Shown: piece by piece, positions 38,860 to 51,471 of the stretch
Layout of the letters: each line of letters opens with the position of its first letter
Numbering within the stretch: position 1 is the first letter of the stretch
NCBI RefSeq assembly: GCF_006345805.1
Contig: NC_042999.1
Coordinates: 94,922,001-94,986,000, forward strand
Reading direction: 5' to 3'
Length of the DNA stretch: 64,000 nt
Source: Octopus sinensis
Taxonomy: Eukaryota
Made by a program: the position numbers and the translations under genes
Notes under the pieces: generated by a model
Databases searched by the model: none
What the model was told of the DNA's origin: nothing
The model's input: the letters and a program-made list of their open reading frames with translations, nothing else

Positions 38860-40450
38860 GTTAATAACATCATCTCAACGTCAGGAATAATAAACTTACT
38901 AATGTTCTGCCACCTTATTAAAATTCTGCTTCACAAACAGAGCATAATCTCAAAACATATGTAGTCATAATTAACCATTTTTTATAAAGATTCTTGGCTC
39001 GTCTGATTCTTAAACCTTTTCTACATCCACTCTTGGATCATGTAGCCAGCTCCCATAAGGTCATTCAGAGGCTCCACCGACTCTCTCTGGTGACACACAA
39101 GCATAGACGGTTTACTTTCAGCTTTGATATAGCATCTCTCTCCACCTCTGTATCTGCCTTTGCAGCTGTATGTCTTGTCACCGACTACACTCGTTTCTAA
39201 CCAACGCTGCTATAATTTCACCGCCACGGACATTTGACATCCAGTCACACAGGACTGCTTACCATGACATGTTTGAACATTAAAATGTTGTGCACTCATC
39301 ACCTACATTTCCTAAACTTTCTCCACGGGGTACATAGATGACATACTTTTATCCTTATATCTTCACCCGCCGAAGCAAATGCTATCTTTGATGCACTCAA
39401 TAATATTGTTGCTTTCACTAATACTCTACAAAACTGTCGCTACTTACATTTATACTCAGCAATGTAGATGATATCACCACACGACGCTGTGGTGATATAG
39501 CCTATGGGTATCTCGTAATATACTTTAAAGAAACTTACCCCAACATTTATATCTAAAATAAAGTACAGAGGATGAGCGCTAAACAGTGCCAAATAAAATG
39601 TAATGTTATTACAAGTCCGAATGTGCTTGAGGTACTTCTGAACTGGGGGACAAGCTATTCACTGCGTTTTGTCACGGAAAATATATCCCCTTTGTTGACA
39701 AATAGTGTATGGTGTATATATATTGCAATTAAAATAAATTCTTACGCATTCGTAATGATGCATAGAGCGAGCCATTTATATCTCACATTTCAAAAATATT
39801 TTGAAAATTAATGGTTCACCCATCGCCAACAAGGTTTATATCGTAAAATACAGAAAAACTCTGGATGAACAACGATTTCTTTAAACTACCATAACTTAGC
39901 GAGGCACTCACCATCACCACTCGCAAAGTTACTTTCAGAAAAGAGCTATACATACGCCTCGCTCACTCTGAGTCCTCCTTACGTTGAATCCTTGCCAAAA
40001 ACACCTCTGTGACACCAACAGCATGTATGTGTCAACACAATGTTCTCTCCGTTTGAAAAATATATATTTACGTGAATATGTAATGTACCAGGTAAGTTGC
40101 AATAAGTGCGTTATTCGTTGGTTAAGGAAAAAATCGACAACTGCTGTAATTGTGAAATAAGATTATCTATTCTAACCACTGATCGAAATATTGGCACCTT
40201 GAGAATTGAATAGGCTATTCTCATTAAACAACATAAACCAGAAATGAACAACAGAACAGAACCGAACCGAATGGCGTGAATTGTTTTTCCTTTTGCTACC
40301 TCGCTTTACGTACCTACTCAAATTGCTAACTTTTTCTTCCCACATATACAGCATCGTTTAACCAACAGTATCTGAAAACATTTCTCGAATCCTTACCCAC
40401 GGGATAACCTTACCTTATAAATTTCAGCCAATGTTAAATGATGTTTCTCA
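38860..40450 (+). mobile_element. Decayed Penelope-like element (RT plus GIY-YIG relics)
   Basis: LARLILKPFL, FSFDIASLSTSV (SFDV.SLYT), tacatagatgacata = YIDDI, ANAIFDALNN, NVMYQVSCNKC, FLES near the end. Confidence 0.7.
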
Positions 40451-40950
40451 CCAGCCATATATACACATGATCTTACTTGTCATGTCACACCACCTACCGC
40501 TGCTACTGTTCCCACATCATCACGTTACCTGTTACTGCTGATAGAAACTACCTCAAACAACGACAAATACAAATACTGTCGGGTTTACAAGCTAATTCAT
40601 GAAATGCCTTTCACCGCAATATATTAGAATAACAATATATTTCTCCAAACTCATTGAGTATTTACTTTCTTGTATTTAGAAATAGAATTCTTTTCGAAAA
40701 GTTTATAGAATCATTAAGTATCATATGTAAGGTAATATATTTTTCGCCTTAAATATACTTATTAACACCCCTTCAAACCTGCATTGCTTAAATATGTTTG
40801 CAAACATTCCATTTATACATATTGCAATGTTTGAAGAAGTATTACAATACTCCTGTGTTTTTAATGAAACACAGACTTTCCAGAATCCAGAACCTCGAAG
40901 AGCGAAATCAAAACACATCTGAACTGGTCAACAAACAATAATAATAATAA

Positions 40951-41169
40951 TCCTCTCTACTATAGGCACAAGGCCTGAAATTTGGGTGGGGAGGGGGGAG
41001 TTAAGTCGATTAGATCGACGCCAGTACGCAACTGGTACTTAAGTTATCGACCTCGAAAAAATGAAAGGCAAATTCAACCTCAGCCGAATTTGAATTCAGA
41101 ATGTAGCAACGGGTGAAATACAGCTAAGCATTTCTCCCGGCGTGCTAACGATTCTGCCAGCTCGTCGCC
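40951..41169 (-). mobile_element. SINE family A, full-length, flanked by (AAT)n
   Basis: Reverse complement ggcgacgagctggcagaatcgttagcacgccgg...aattcaaattcggctgagg...tttcaggccttgtgcctatagtag. Confidence 0.9.
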
Positions 41170-41904
41170 TAAATAATAACAATAATAATAACAATAATAA
41201 TAGGTGATCGTGATATTGAAGTAGTGAAATTGAAGTGGTTTTGTATTATGCTATTGCTTGTTTCTGTTAATATTTGTTGCTGGCTTTGAAAAGTAATCGT
41301 TATCAATGACTAGACAAAAAAAAACAACTGCAAATTATCTATGGATAGAATGAAGCATAAATAAGTACCATTGGCTTTCTAGTGTATTGTATAGGTGAAC
41401 AAGGCTGTATAACCACTTCTACTATTTCATCAATTTTTCGAGAAGCCTTCGTTTGTTTCTAATTTGTTTTACTCTATATTTTGTCTTTATAAAAAACTTG
41501 GAAAATCTATATTAAACTTCTCTTACAATTTTGATTGGAAACACAATCTTCATCTTTGTGTATAGAAAAGAGAATTAGAGTATTTCCAGCATCACGTGTG
41601 CTCTACACAAAATTTCCATTGAAAAGCTACCATTTTAGTTACTTTTACTTTTGTTCTTGTTATGGTTGTGGTTGTTGGTGTTGTAGGGTGTTGAATGTAG
41701 GGAGCGGGAAAATAAAACAAATCAATCACTTATTATAGATATAAAAAGTGGCATAAAATCGAACTGTTTTGACATTGATTATTCAATACTGCTCTTTTTT
41801 ATATTTTGTGTTTTATTAATGTTGTATGGGACATACGTAATGAAAACAAAAAGAATAACGGTATGTGAAGGGAGTTATGAATGCATAAGAGTATTTAGTT
41901 ACGT

Positions 41905-42160
41905 CTCCTTATGTTTTGAGTTCTAACCCCAATAAGGACGACTTTGCATTTCATAACACTAGGGCCAATAAAAAGTATTGGGGTCAAGTCATTTGTTCGT
42001 ACCATTCCTCTCCGATTGTGTGGCGTGTAACTGTTAGAAATTATTGTTGTTGTTGTTGCAATTATTGGGTCACCGAGCAGGCAGAACATATAAAGCGCCG
42101 GACAAAATGCTCTGCGATTCCACCGAAGTCAGCTTTAGCTTTCAGCTTTCTGGGTCGGAA
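41905..42160 (+). mobile_element. Two SINE family A fragments
   Basis: ttttgagttct...gactttgcatttcat...; cgagcaggcagaac...gccggacaaaatgc...gtcagctttagctttca. Confidence 0.65.
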
Positions 42161-42169
42161 TTATGTAGA

Positions 42170-42560
42170 CAGCAGGTTACTACCTGTAGCCTTAGGTATC
42201 CACAAATTTTCAGCAGTCTTTCAAGTGCTTAGAAACCTCCTAATATTCCATGCTGTCCCTACGGGACAAACTTTCTGCAGAAATTTTACCAGGCATTCTA
42301 TTTTAGTCTCCCTCAGCCATTTGTCTATATCTTGGCTTACTGATACCAACGCACCAATAATTTTAGGCAATACCTTTACTTCTCACATGCTCCAAATTCT
42401 TCCTATTTCAAATTCTAGGGGATTGTATTTCTTTTTGTTTTTTCCTCTTTTTTACGATCCTGGAATCAGATGGGTATGATGGGTTAATAAGTAGCCAACT
42501 TCGTTTTCCAAATCTATTATTGTAATATCTAGTCTATTGTTTTTTTTTTTCTTGTCCGTT
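42170..42560 (-). mobile_element. RLE-type (R4/Dong-like) LINE 3' fragment
   Basis: Minus strand LQKVCPVG followed by frameshifted TA..IRRFLST (LQK..LLGTA.ILRK.L), IIGA (VIGALG), RLDITI (RPDI). Confidence 0.65.
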
Positions 42561-42929
42561 TGAATTGCGAAGTCCCACAACATCTTACATTTCCCCGACT
42601 CAAGTACTCTTTCGACTCGATGATTGTACAATGTGCTGCCAGCTTCAAATCGTCATTTCTGGTACAGTCCCCATTGTAAAACTGTTACAACCTGGTCGCG
42701 CCTCCATTTCTTATATTCTTCCTGTGCCGACATGGAGCACTCTGTTACTTTCTGAGTTCAAAGGTTGATTTTGCCTTTCATTCCCTCAACCTACTGGTCT
42801 TGTGCCTTTAGTAGAAAGGATCATTACTATTTTGATGTAAACCTTAGCTTCTTTTTCTGAGTATGATGGAAAGTGTCAGCTGTCCACACCCAGCAGACTA
42901 AGTTGACACTTGTTTACTGATCATGTTTC

Positions 42930-43222
42930 AAGAACCTTGCAGAGAACTCTTGCAGTTCCAAGCAATGATAGTTTTTCGTAGGTGTTCTATTTTTACATTG
43001 GTACCAATCTTGTTTTGAGCTATGCTGGTAGCTGAGTACTGATACTTCCAAGCGCGCCAATCACTACCGGTATGATGTCTATTCTCTTCATTACCCACAT
43101 CATGCAAATTTCCCACTTTAATTCCCTATAGTTATTCATTTTTCTTCTTTTTCTCCAAGCCTGTTGTCATCGAAACATGCTATCCCGGTTATCACGCATG
43201 TTTTTTCTTTTTTGTCCGCCAT
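42930..43222 (-). mobile_element. RLE-type (R4/Dong-like) LINE 3' fragment, 5' end abutting (TAA)n
   Basis: DKKEKTCVITGIACFDDNRLGEKEEK (D.A.P.D......E.EK endonuclease motif) and HLRKT..LGTARVL across frames. Confidence 0.7.
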
Positions 43223-43242
43223 ATTATTATTATTATTATTAT

Positions 43243-43797
43243 TGAGTGAGAGAGCAGTGCATGCCATCAAAGTGACACTGGGGTAAAATATACGAAGCCC
43301 AATATACCCATCGTGACTACCCGTCTGATAAGGGTACACCAGGCACATGCATCACAACCATATGTGCGCGACATGGTGATCTCATATCAAGATAAACAGC
43401 ACATGACCTTGCAGGTGGGGCCCAGTTAGAATTTTCTTCAGGTTGAGTAGCCCATCCCGCTCAAAAGGTCCCTGAATAAGGGTTGTTTAAGGATGTTGAA
43501 AGAACCACCCATGTTTCCAGAGGTGAATTATTCAAACCCCAAAGAATCCCTCTCAACACATGGCTATGATGCTCCCCCACTACTTCTGCTCGTGATCAGA
43601 GATGCACATATCGTCAGCCACTAAGGGACATGCTCAACTGGTTAAGGTCAAACAACTGACAAGTAAATCTGTGGTATTGAGCAGAATATTTGCTGTAGCC
43701 CATCTTTTATACCAAGACAAAACAATGTACATGATAACACTTCCAATCAGTTAAGATCAGAAGCCATGAGAGCCACTGTCTGGTACTGCATCAGGGC

Positions 43798-43800
<3 letters not shown>
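43243..43800 (-). mobile_element. About 560 bp non-coding interspersed element inserted in (TAA)n
   Basis: GC-richer, well-preserved unit bounded on both sides by (ATT)n arrays. I recall it as a high-copy octopus repeat, but there is only one copy here and the orientation is inferred. Confidence 0.55.
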
Positions 43801-43883
<83 letters not shown>

Positions 43884-44179
43884 GGAACAATAATCAGAGT
43901 GCGACTGTTATCGAATGAACAATATTTCGACACTTCATGTGTCTTCCACAAATTCAAAATAATCATCTCAATGTACTTCACTTTGGTAATATTTAAGGAT
44001 TGTCGTTACTTCTCCCGAAGGTAAAGGAATAATAAGAACAGTGCGACTGTTATCGAATGAACAGTATTTCTATCTAGATTGAGATGATTATTTTGAACAT
44101 GTGGAAGACATATGAGGTGTCGAAATATTCTTCCTTTACCTTCGGGAGGAGTAACGTCAATCCTTTAATATTATTATTG

Positions 44180-45275
44180 TTATTCAGTAGTTTTATTTTT
44201 ATAGCGTGCTTTCACTTCACTACCGAGCGCAGCTCTGTAAGCCTTGAGTATGTGTTGTGGTTTGTTGTGATGCTCTGATGGTTACTGTATTGAAAGTGAT
44301 TTCCTTAGGATGTGTGCAGTGGTCAGTAGCGCAATTTTCTGTATGTTATATGTGTTTGTAAGTCCTGGTGTTTTTGTTATGTATTTGTCTGAATATTTTT
44401 TATCATACCTAATGTGCCTACTATGATAGGAATTGTTTCTGTTTTTAGATTCCACATTCGAGTTACCTCTATTTCCAGGTCTTTGTAATTTGAAAGTTTC
44501 TCCATTTCTTTTAGAGACACGTTGTCATCTGCTGGTATTGATGCATCAATTAGAAAGCATTTTTTCCTTCATATCTCTGACAACTATATCTGGCCTGTTG
44601 GCCTTAATTTCTCTGTGTGTATTAGCATATCCCAGAGTATGGTTGCTTTCTCGTTTTCTGTGACCTTTTCTGGTGTGTGCTTATACCATCTTTTTTCTGT
44701 TGTTATTCCATAATATTGGCATAGCTTCCAGTGTATGTAGGTCCTAACTCTGTCGTGCCTGTGAATATATTCCTTCTTAGCCAGGGCTGGGCAGCCAGAG
44801 ATAATAGGAATTATTGTTTCTCGTCCATCTCCACATATTCTGCAGTTACTTGTTATGTTTCTTTTCATTATATGTTTTTGGTAATTCCTGGTGGGGAGGC
44901 TTTGGTCTTGTGCTCCGTCTCTGCTTTGAGTCCTGAGCTTCTCAACCATTGCTGGGGTTTTTCTTTGTCTATTTCTTTTGGATTTAGTTTTGTCCAGTAT
45001 TTGCCATGAAGGTGCTTCTATTGCCATCGTTTTATCATGGTCCGTTGCTGTTCTAGTTTTAGCTTGGATTTCATTTGTTTTATAGCTTATGTTTCTTCTT
45101 CTTCTTATTATTATTATTTGTTAGGTGGTATGGTTTCTTGTTTGTATTTGTCAGCTTCCTTAAATACTGAGAAGTTTTTTTTTGTTTTGCTCGTGTTTTG
45201 CCGCTATTTGTATCAGTTTTTCTTGCTTCTGAAGTAAATATTTTTGCAGTCCTATGGTGGTTATTTTATAATAGC

Positions 45276-45276
<1 letters not shown>
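44180..45276 (-). mobile_element. RLE-type (R4/Dong-like) non-LTR retrotransposon, 5'-truncated, in (TAA)n
   Basis: AQDQSLPTRNY, CRICGDGRETIIPIISGC (CCHC relic), HRHDRV (RHD), ILWD, ANRPDIVVRD, FLIDAS (PD..D), terminal ILRKSLS; TAA tracts on both sides. Confidence 0.9.
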
Positions 45277-45326
<50 letters not shown>

Positions 45327-45344
45327 ATTATTATTATTATTATT

Positions 45345-45790
45345 TACGTTCTCATTTCAAATTCCGCCAAGGTCAGCTTTGCTTTCCATCTTTTCGAAGT
45401 TGATAAAATAAAGTATCAGTCAAGTAACGGGTTGGTGGCATCAATTTCACCCACACCCTTTAAAGTTGCTGACTTTGCGCCTTCATTAGAAATTCACATT
45501 ATCATCGTCGTCGTCATCATCTCCATTGCTGCTGCTGCTGTTGTTGCTGTTGTTGCTGCTGCTGCTGCTGTTGTTGTTGTTGTTGTTGTTGTTGTTGGCA
45601 GAATCGTTAGAACATCAGACGAAATGCCTTGCTGTATCTGTTACCGAGCTTAAATCCCGCTGTGGCCACCTTCATCTTTCATTCCGCCGGGGTCAATAAA
45701 ATAAAGCAGCATTAAAATACTGAAGTCGATAGTATTAGTCTACACCCTACCCTTAAACTTCCTGGCTGTGTGTCTGGTTTAGGGATAATT
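45345..45790 (+). mobile_element. Two SINE family A copies separated by a (GCT)/(GTT) microsatellite
   Basis: ttcaaattccgccaaggtcagctttgctttccatc at about 45357; tggcagaatcgttagaac...ggggtcaataaaataaag at about 45596. Confidence 0.75.
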
Positions 45791-46499
45791 GTTCTCCCTA
45801 CCCTCACCAACTTATGATTTATTTAAATTTACAAGGCTAAATCTGGTAAAAAGAGTTTTCTCGTGTCTTGCTATGCAATGACATTCGAAATGTTTAAAGC
45901 TCACCCCTTTACAATGATGTAAAAAAGTAGTCATTGAATATTATTTTAATTTACATTTCAGGAACAATTTGTTTACTTGTAAGTTGACATTGCTTCTTCT
46001 GGGTTAAGAAGTTTTAGCCACAAACGTAGTGGTACTGAATGTTTCCGAAGAATTTCGGGGAAAAGAAACTGAAAATAAAAATGTAGATTTAAGAATAAAG
46101 ACAAACAAGTAGATATCGAGAATTAAACATGCAAACACTGTTACGTACGTACATAATAATACTAGAAATATAGAAAATAACCATTCTACTGACAGAAACT
46201 TTTCTTGGTGCGAATTTTCTCACATTTTCACATATTTAATGTTATAGCCGAAGTTTTAGCAAAGAATGCAATAACAACAAATGTGACCTGGAGGCATGTG
46301 TCAGCTCCCGGAGAAAAGCAAACGTGGAAGGCATATGTTATATGAAACACTATTTCCTTCTGCGATGAATACACTGAAATACGAGTGAGGAATAAAATGA
46401 CTTACCTCGGTTTTTCTAAAATCAGTGAGTTTGCATACGCATCTAAAGGAACAAGCAGAAAAGTACTATGAACTTATATGGACTCCTTTAACTGGGATA

Positions 46500-47420
46500 A
46501 AGTGTATGGAAGTATGTTTCGCCGCTAAAACCGAGGAGCTACCAATGTAACACTCGGTGATGGTGCATCACACAGAAACCCACCGGCTGGTATCGATGTA
46601 TATGGAGCAAATGCAACATAAAAGTCACGTCCGATGGCATTAGTGAAGACGTTGCCACTTGACAGATGATTTCTGTAGCTCAGTACTGACAAGTGGTCAA
46701 TGTGACGATGGCACACAGCATGTAATAAGGATGTGCTTTCATCGGCATGCAGGATTTGATAACCTCTGAAACCACAAAAGTGCAGTGGAGCTATACTTAA
46801 CAGGTAGAGGTGGTGCAAAAAGGAAATCAATTAGATTATGGTTCAAAACAAAAAGCCCGGTTGCTACACGTGTAGATGTGAGAATTAATTGGAGGGTTTC
46901 TTCCCAAATAATGAGAAAACATATACAAGAAGGGAGTGGTATGCAGTAGTAGACTCAGCAGTAAAATCAGCAGACTCCGAAAAGGCTATTTCAAACGAAC
47001 CAGCGGTCACTGCTTCAAGTATGACAACTGAAATTACTTTACCTTCAATGCCAAAAGTCGGCTATGAGAAAGCAGAGTGATCCCTTTCACTGGTCACAAC
47101 GATTAATACCACTTCATTTGTTTTGAGATGATGAACAGCGAGGACAAATTATCGAGGTAAATGAAATGGGAAGAAAAACTGAAGGCTACTAAGCAGACTG
47201 AAGAAAGAAAATAGAAAAAAATGTGCTGCGATGTTTGCAAGAAATTCGAATAAGAGATAGTTGATGAAACCTGCTTCAGTTGTCTTTTTAAAAGACTAGT
47301 GAATCTACCTAGAGAACGGAAGAAAATCTCATGTGGTATAGAAATACCAGTATCATTCTCTAGTACCGGGAAAGGAAGATAATCGTAATCGTGGGTATCC
47401 TTATCTAATCTAGGTGGCGG
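46500..47420 (+). mobile_element. Possible decayed LINE ORF1 (gag-like zinc-knuckle) relic
   Basis: IMVQNKKPGCYTCRC..EGFFP resembles V.VEGR.P.C..C...GH....CP, followed by low-complexity charged sequence. Confidence 0.3.
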
Positions 47421-49599
47421 TTTCTAACACGTGTGTGGGTGGTTTGTCCTTATTTGTTTCAATACATTTATTTACATGTGTGTGTGTTTGTGTGTGTGTG
47501 TGCTATAAAACTTTACAACACACACACATCTCAACCCCACTTGCGTTTTAATGTACATTTACATATGTACATTCCAATACGTCATGAAAACCCTTACAAC
47601 ATATTTTGTATGAATGCATGTGATCTTATTGCAAATAAGTGAATGCAGTAGTAGTAGTATAGTAGTAGTAGTAGCCATGGTAGGGAGTGCGGCAGCAGCT
47701 GCGGGCAAATGCTTTGCGGTATTTCTTTCGGCTCTTTACATTCTCATTTCAAATAGCTCCGAGATCAACCCTTTCATCACTCTAGAGTCGGCAAAATTAA
47801 CTGTCAATGAAGTATTTGGTCGGTGAACATCGACCTACCCACCTAACCTAATTTTAGATCTTGTGGCCAATTTAGAAACAATTTATGTTATTAAGTTTAA
47901 AAGTGATGACACAATGAATGGCATTGCGCTTATTTTGACTTATAGTATTTAATTTATTTACTTTAGATTGTGAGTTCAAACCCAACTGAGACTAACTTCG
48001 CCCGTTATCAGACCGGTTTTTAAAACAATTACGAGTCGTTGCACCGTCGACAGAATACGAACCAGTAACTTATTATTCAATTTTCCCGTAGCATATCGAC
48101 TTGATCATTTACTCCCATCTAGCTTAGGTACTAAACCACATTGCTTTTGTATTTCTGTAAAAATGTCATATAATAACCTCTGTACCAAAATCATGTATAT
48201 TTTAAGAAATGTGTCGAAACGTCTTCGAAATGATTGAACATGTTATTGACTGACAACGTAGTTTTATATCAAAGGTCGTGTGTCTCGCGAGATTTGTTTT
48301 GAAATTAGGAAAAGATGAAAGAATCTATGATAAAGAAGGGAAATGTCTGTCATAGAAGTAAAGAAAGAAAGCTATTAAGACGAATAGTGGAGACAGAATG
48401 AATGAAATAAAGAAATAAACAAACTAGAAACATTGGGAATGAAAAGAAAAAGGTAAAAGAAAGAGACAAAGAAACAAAAGATAAGAAAACTAAAAGGAGG
48501 TGAAGAAGAGAAAATGGAAGAATGATAAAGGAAGATAAAGGAAAAAAATTAAATAAAACGGTAAACAAGAAAATATAGAGAAAATATGCGTTTTAGAAGA
48601 CAAAGACAAACAATTGGCTTTTTCTAAACTAGATTTATTTTTGCTGACAATTTAATCCAAAGTTGCTGAGTTCACGTGTGGTTTCTGTCTAGTTCCACCT
48701 TCAAGGAATAAATATGGTATTAAAACTTTAAATTTAAAAGATAATTGTACCTTCCAAAGACATTCAAGTATTGAAACGTCATTAAACTGTCAATGAAAAA
48801 TCTCCATAATTCAGAATAGTAAAGAAGTCTTCATAATTTAATGTTTTAAAACACACACACACACACACACATACATACATACATACATACATACATACAT
48901 ACATACATACATACATACATACATACATACGCGTCTACGCATGTGTATGCTCTGTGTCTGTATAGGCTAATGCTTTAAAACTTAACAAAAAACGGTTTAT
49001 CCAACATACATTGGTAAACTAAAGTGATTTATAGTACCATAGTATGTTGATTTTGTGAAATGTTATACATAAACAGATATGAATTATGATGAAGTCTCAA
49101 GTACTTTTTCCCGTATTTTCAATTCTATTCTACATTGATATTATAGAAGCAAAACGAAGACCGTGTCATCTATGCAACTGTCATAGCACAAATCCACAGG
49201 GATCTAAATTGGATACTGCAATTTCACTTAATAATCATTAATAGCAGGTTATACGCAACATTAAGCTGTCTTTTACCGTGATACAACTAGAAACGTTGAG
49301 TTGTTCGAACTTAACTATGCTGTTTGAGCAGAAACGCCAACCTTCATTAGATTACGTGACTGACATTCATATCGACCATTCTATACTTTACTATATTAAT
49401 TTCCATTTCAAATGCACTAAAGGCCTACATTATTATTTCACTCAAGAGACTGGACGCTAATTATTTTATCATAGATATATATTGTTGAGCATTGAGCCAC
49501 TTTTTATATTTAAGACCGTATAACTCCAATACACAATTTAACCCCGAATATATATTGGTTTTAACATTCCTGAAAGACTATACACTATGTTCTCACTAC

Positions 49600-50550
49600 T
49601 GAGGTAAGATTTTACCAGGTGAGATTTGGTTTAACGGAAGGAGAATATAAATATTTGGGATTCGATAAGAGTGACGGAGTACATCTGTAACGCTCACTAC
49701 AGAAAAATCAGGAAATAAAATGTTTATGTAGCCGGAGTTGATTTGGAAAGTTGGGTCTGAAACTTGAAAGATATCGTCACGTGACAACTACCAAATATAC
49801 GTCACATATTGCTTTAAGCTATGAGAGATTTGAAGTACGAAACATTATAGAATTAATTTGACAAAACTTATATCATTGAATATTAACTATATTTGCTGAC
49901 ACACAAGACAGATACGCATCTCCAATCATTGAGAAATAAAGGTAGAAAGTTTTGCATAAACGTGTGAATTGAAGTAGACATATATTCAGTTTCAAGTGCT
50001 TCCTACTATCGGTTCGAAAGAAAACATGGTGGAAGAGAGACAGCGGAAAAGACACAGTGAATACGATATATTTAACTAACAAAATTGCTGAAGGTGTTTT
50101 CATTACAGTGTAAACAATGGGAGAGATATTGAGCATAACGAAAGGATGATAAGACAAGAGCTTTCAACAGTGTCAGCAAGTTCATAAATTAATATAATAC
50201 AAATAGAAGAAGCAGGAAAGAGAAAGATCTCTGATAAAAATGTTGGCTATGGATAAATACTAAGACCGTATTGTGACCACTGTAGACCATCCATGATATT
50301 TATATCTCACTATTTTTTCTATTCCAGAATATCCCGTCGACCAGCTGTATCACCGTGTATGTACTATCCTAAGTAAGAGCACAGAGATCGTCCCTTGGCT
50401 TTCACAAATCCATTCAACTGTTATTCCCTTAACAGTGGCATCAATAACAACTATTTACTCCACATGTTCGCAACTTCCAAAGAAAAACTATAAAAAGGAT
50501 AAATAAAATTTCTGCGTCCAGGTAGGCCACTCTCAATTATTACTAGCAGA
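49600..50550 (-). mobile_element. Possible decayed L1/Tx1-like endonuclease relic
   Basis: Minus-strand relics LRVAYL (start of EN), ISVLLL, DTAGR, YSGHN (VYAPN-like). Confidence 0.35.
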
Positions 50551-50800
50551 ATTACCACACGAAAATTTATGTAACTTTACATATAAATATGTATGCGGAC
50601 GAGCACGCACGTGTGTATGTGTGTGCGTGTTTGTATATGTGTGTGTATGAGAGAGAGAGAGAGAAGGGGCCTTTATCTGCAAATGCCCCCTTAGGTTTCA
50701 CGGTAATCGCTTTGTGTGTTTCTAATTAGCAATTTTCATATTCCTCATAACATATACATACATACATATTTATATAAAATACATATATATATGTATTATG

Positions 50801-50864
<64 letters not shown>

Positions 50865-51471
50865 ATGTGTGTGTACAGGCATGCGTTCGTGCGTGTGGTG
50901 GGGTGTACAGAATTAACAATTCGCTGTTTCTGATTTAGTTTTCCGTGTTCATTCCATTTTACTTTGACATTCTCGCTAGTAAGTCAGGCTACACATTTCA
51001 CTAAACCCTAAGTAAGTAATGTTTTCCTACTCCGTTAAATATTTTCGTCATTCAATAATAGATTTTGTAATGTAAGCAATGCTGATGTTAGCAAAGCTGA
51101 TTTTCCTGGACAACGAACCAACTGTTAGAACTATTAAAAAGAAGAAACAAGGAGCCGGGAAAATACTGCATCTTCAATAGATTTAAAATTCACATTTTAA
51201 CACGTCGTAAAATAATGAAAACTATAAAAACGGTTTGAATATATGATAAAAAAAAACAATATTATGACAGTAACCAGAAATGTATATGTGTTTTTGTGTG
51301 TGTCTGTATGTTTGTATGCGTGTGTACGTAGTGGTCTTACAGGAAGCTGCATATATTGTAGTAGAGACAGGAAACGAAAGAGATTTGGTGCTCAGAGAGA
51401 GATAATCGTTACTAAGCATATTCATCTTCTTTTTGTCCCTTGGGGAGAAAATGTATATATATATATACGAA

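Noticed and set aside
40880-40930. Possible hammerhead remnant (ctcgaagagcgaaatc) after the PLE relic
   Set aside because: No intact CUGANGA core or supporting helices
41916-42479. 187 aa non-microsatellite ORF
   Set aside because: It runs across SINE fragments and the antisense strand of an RLE LINE relic; a chance ORF
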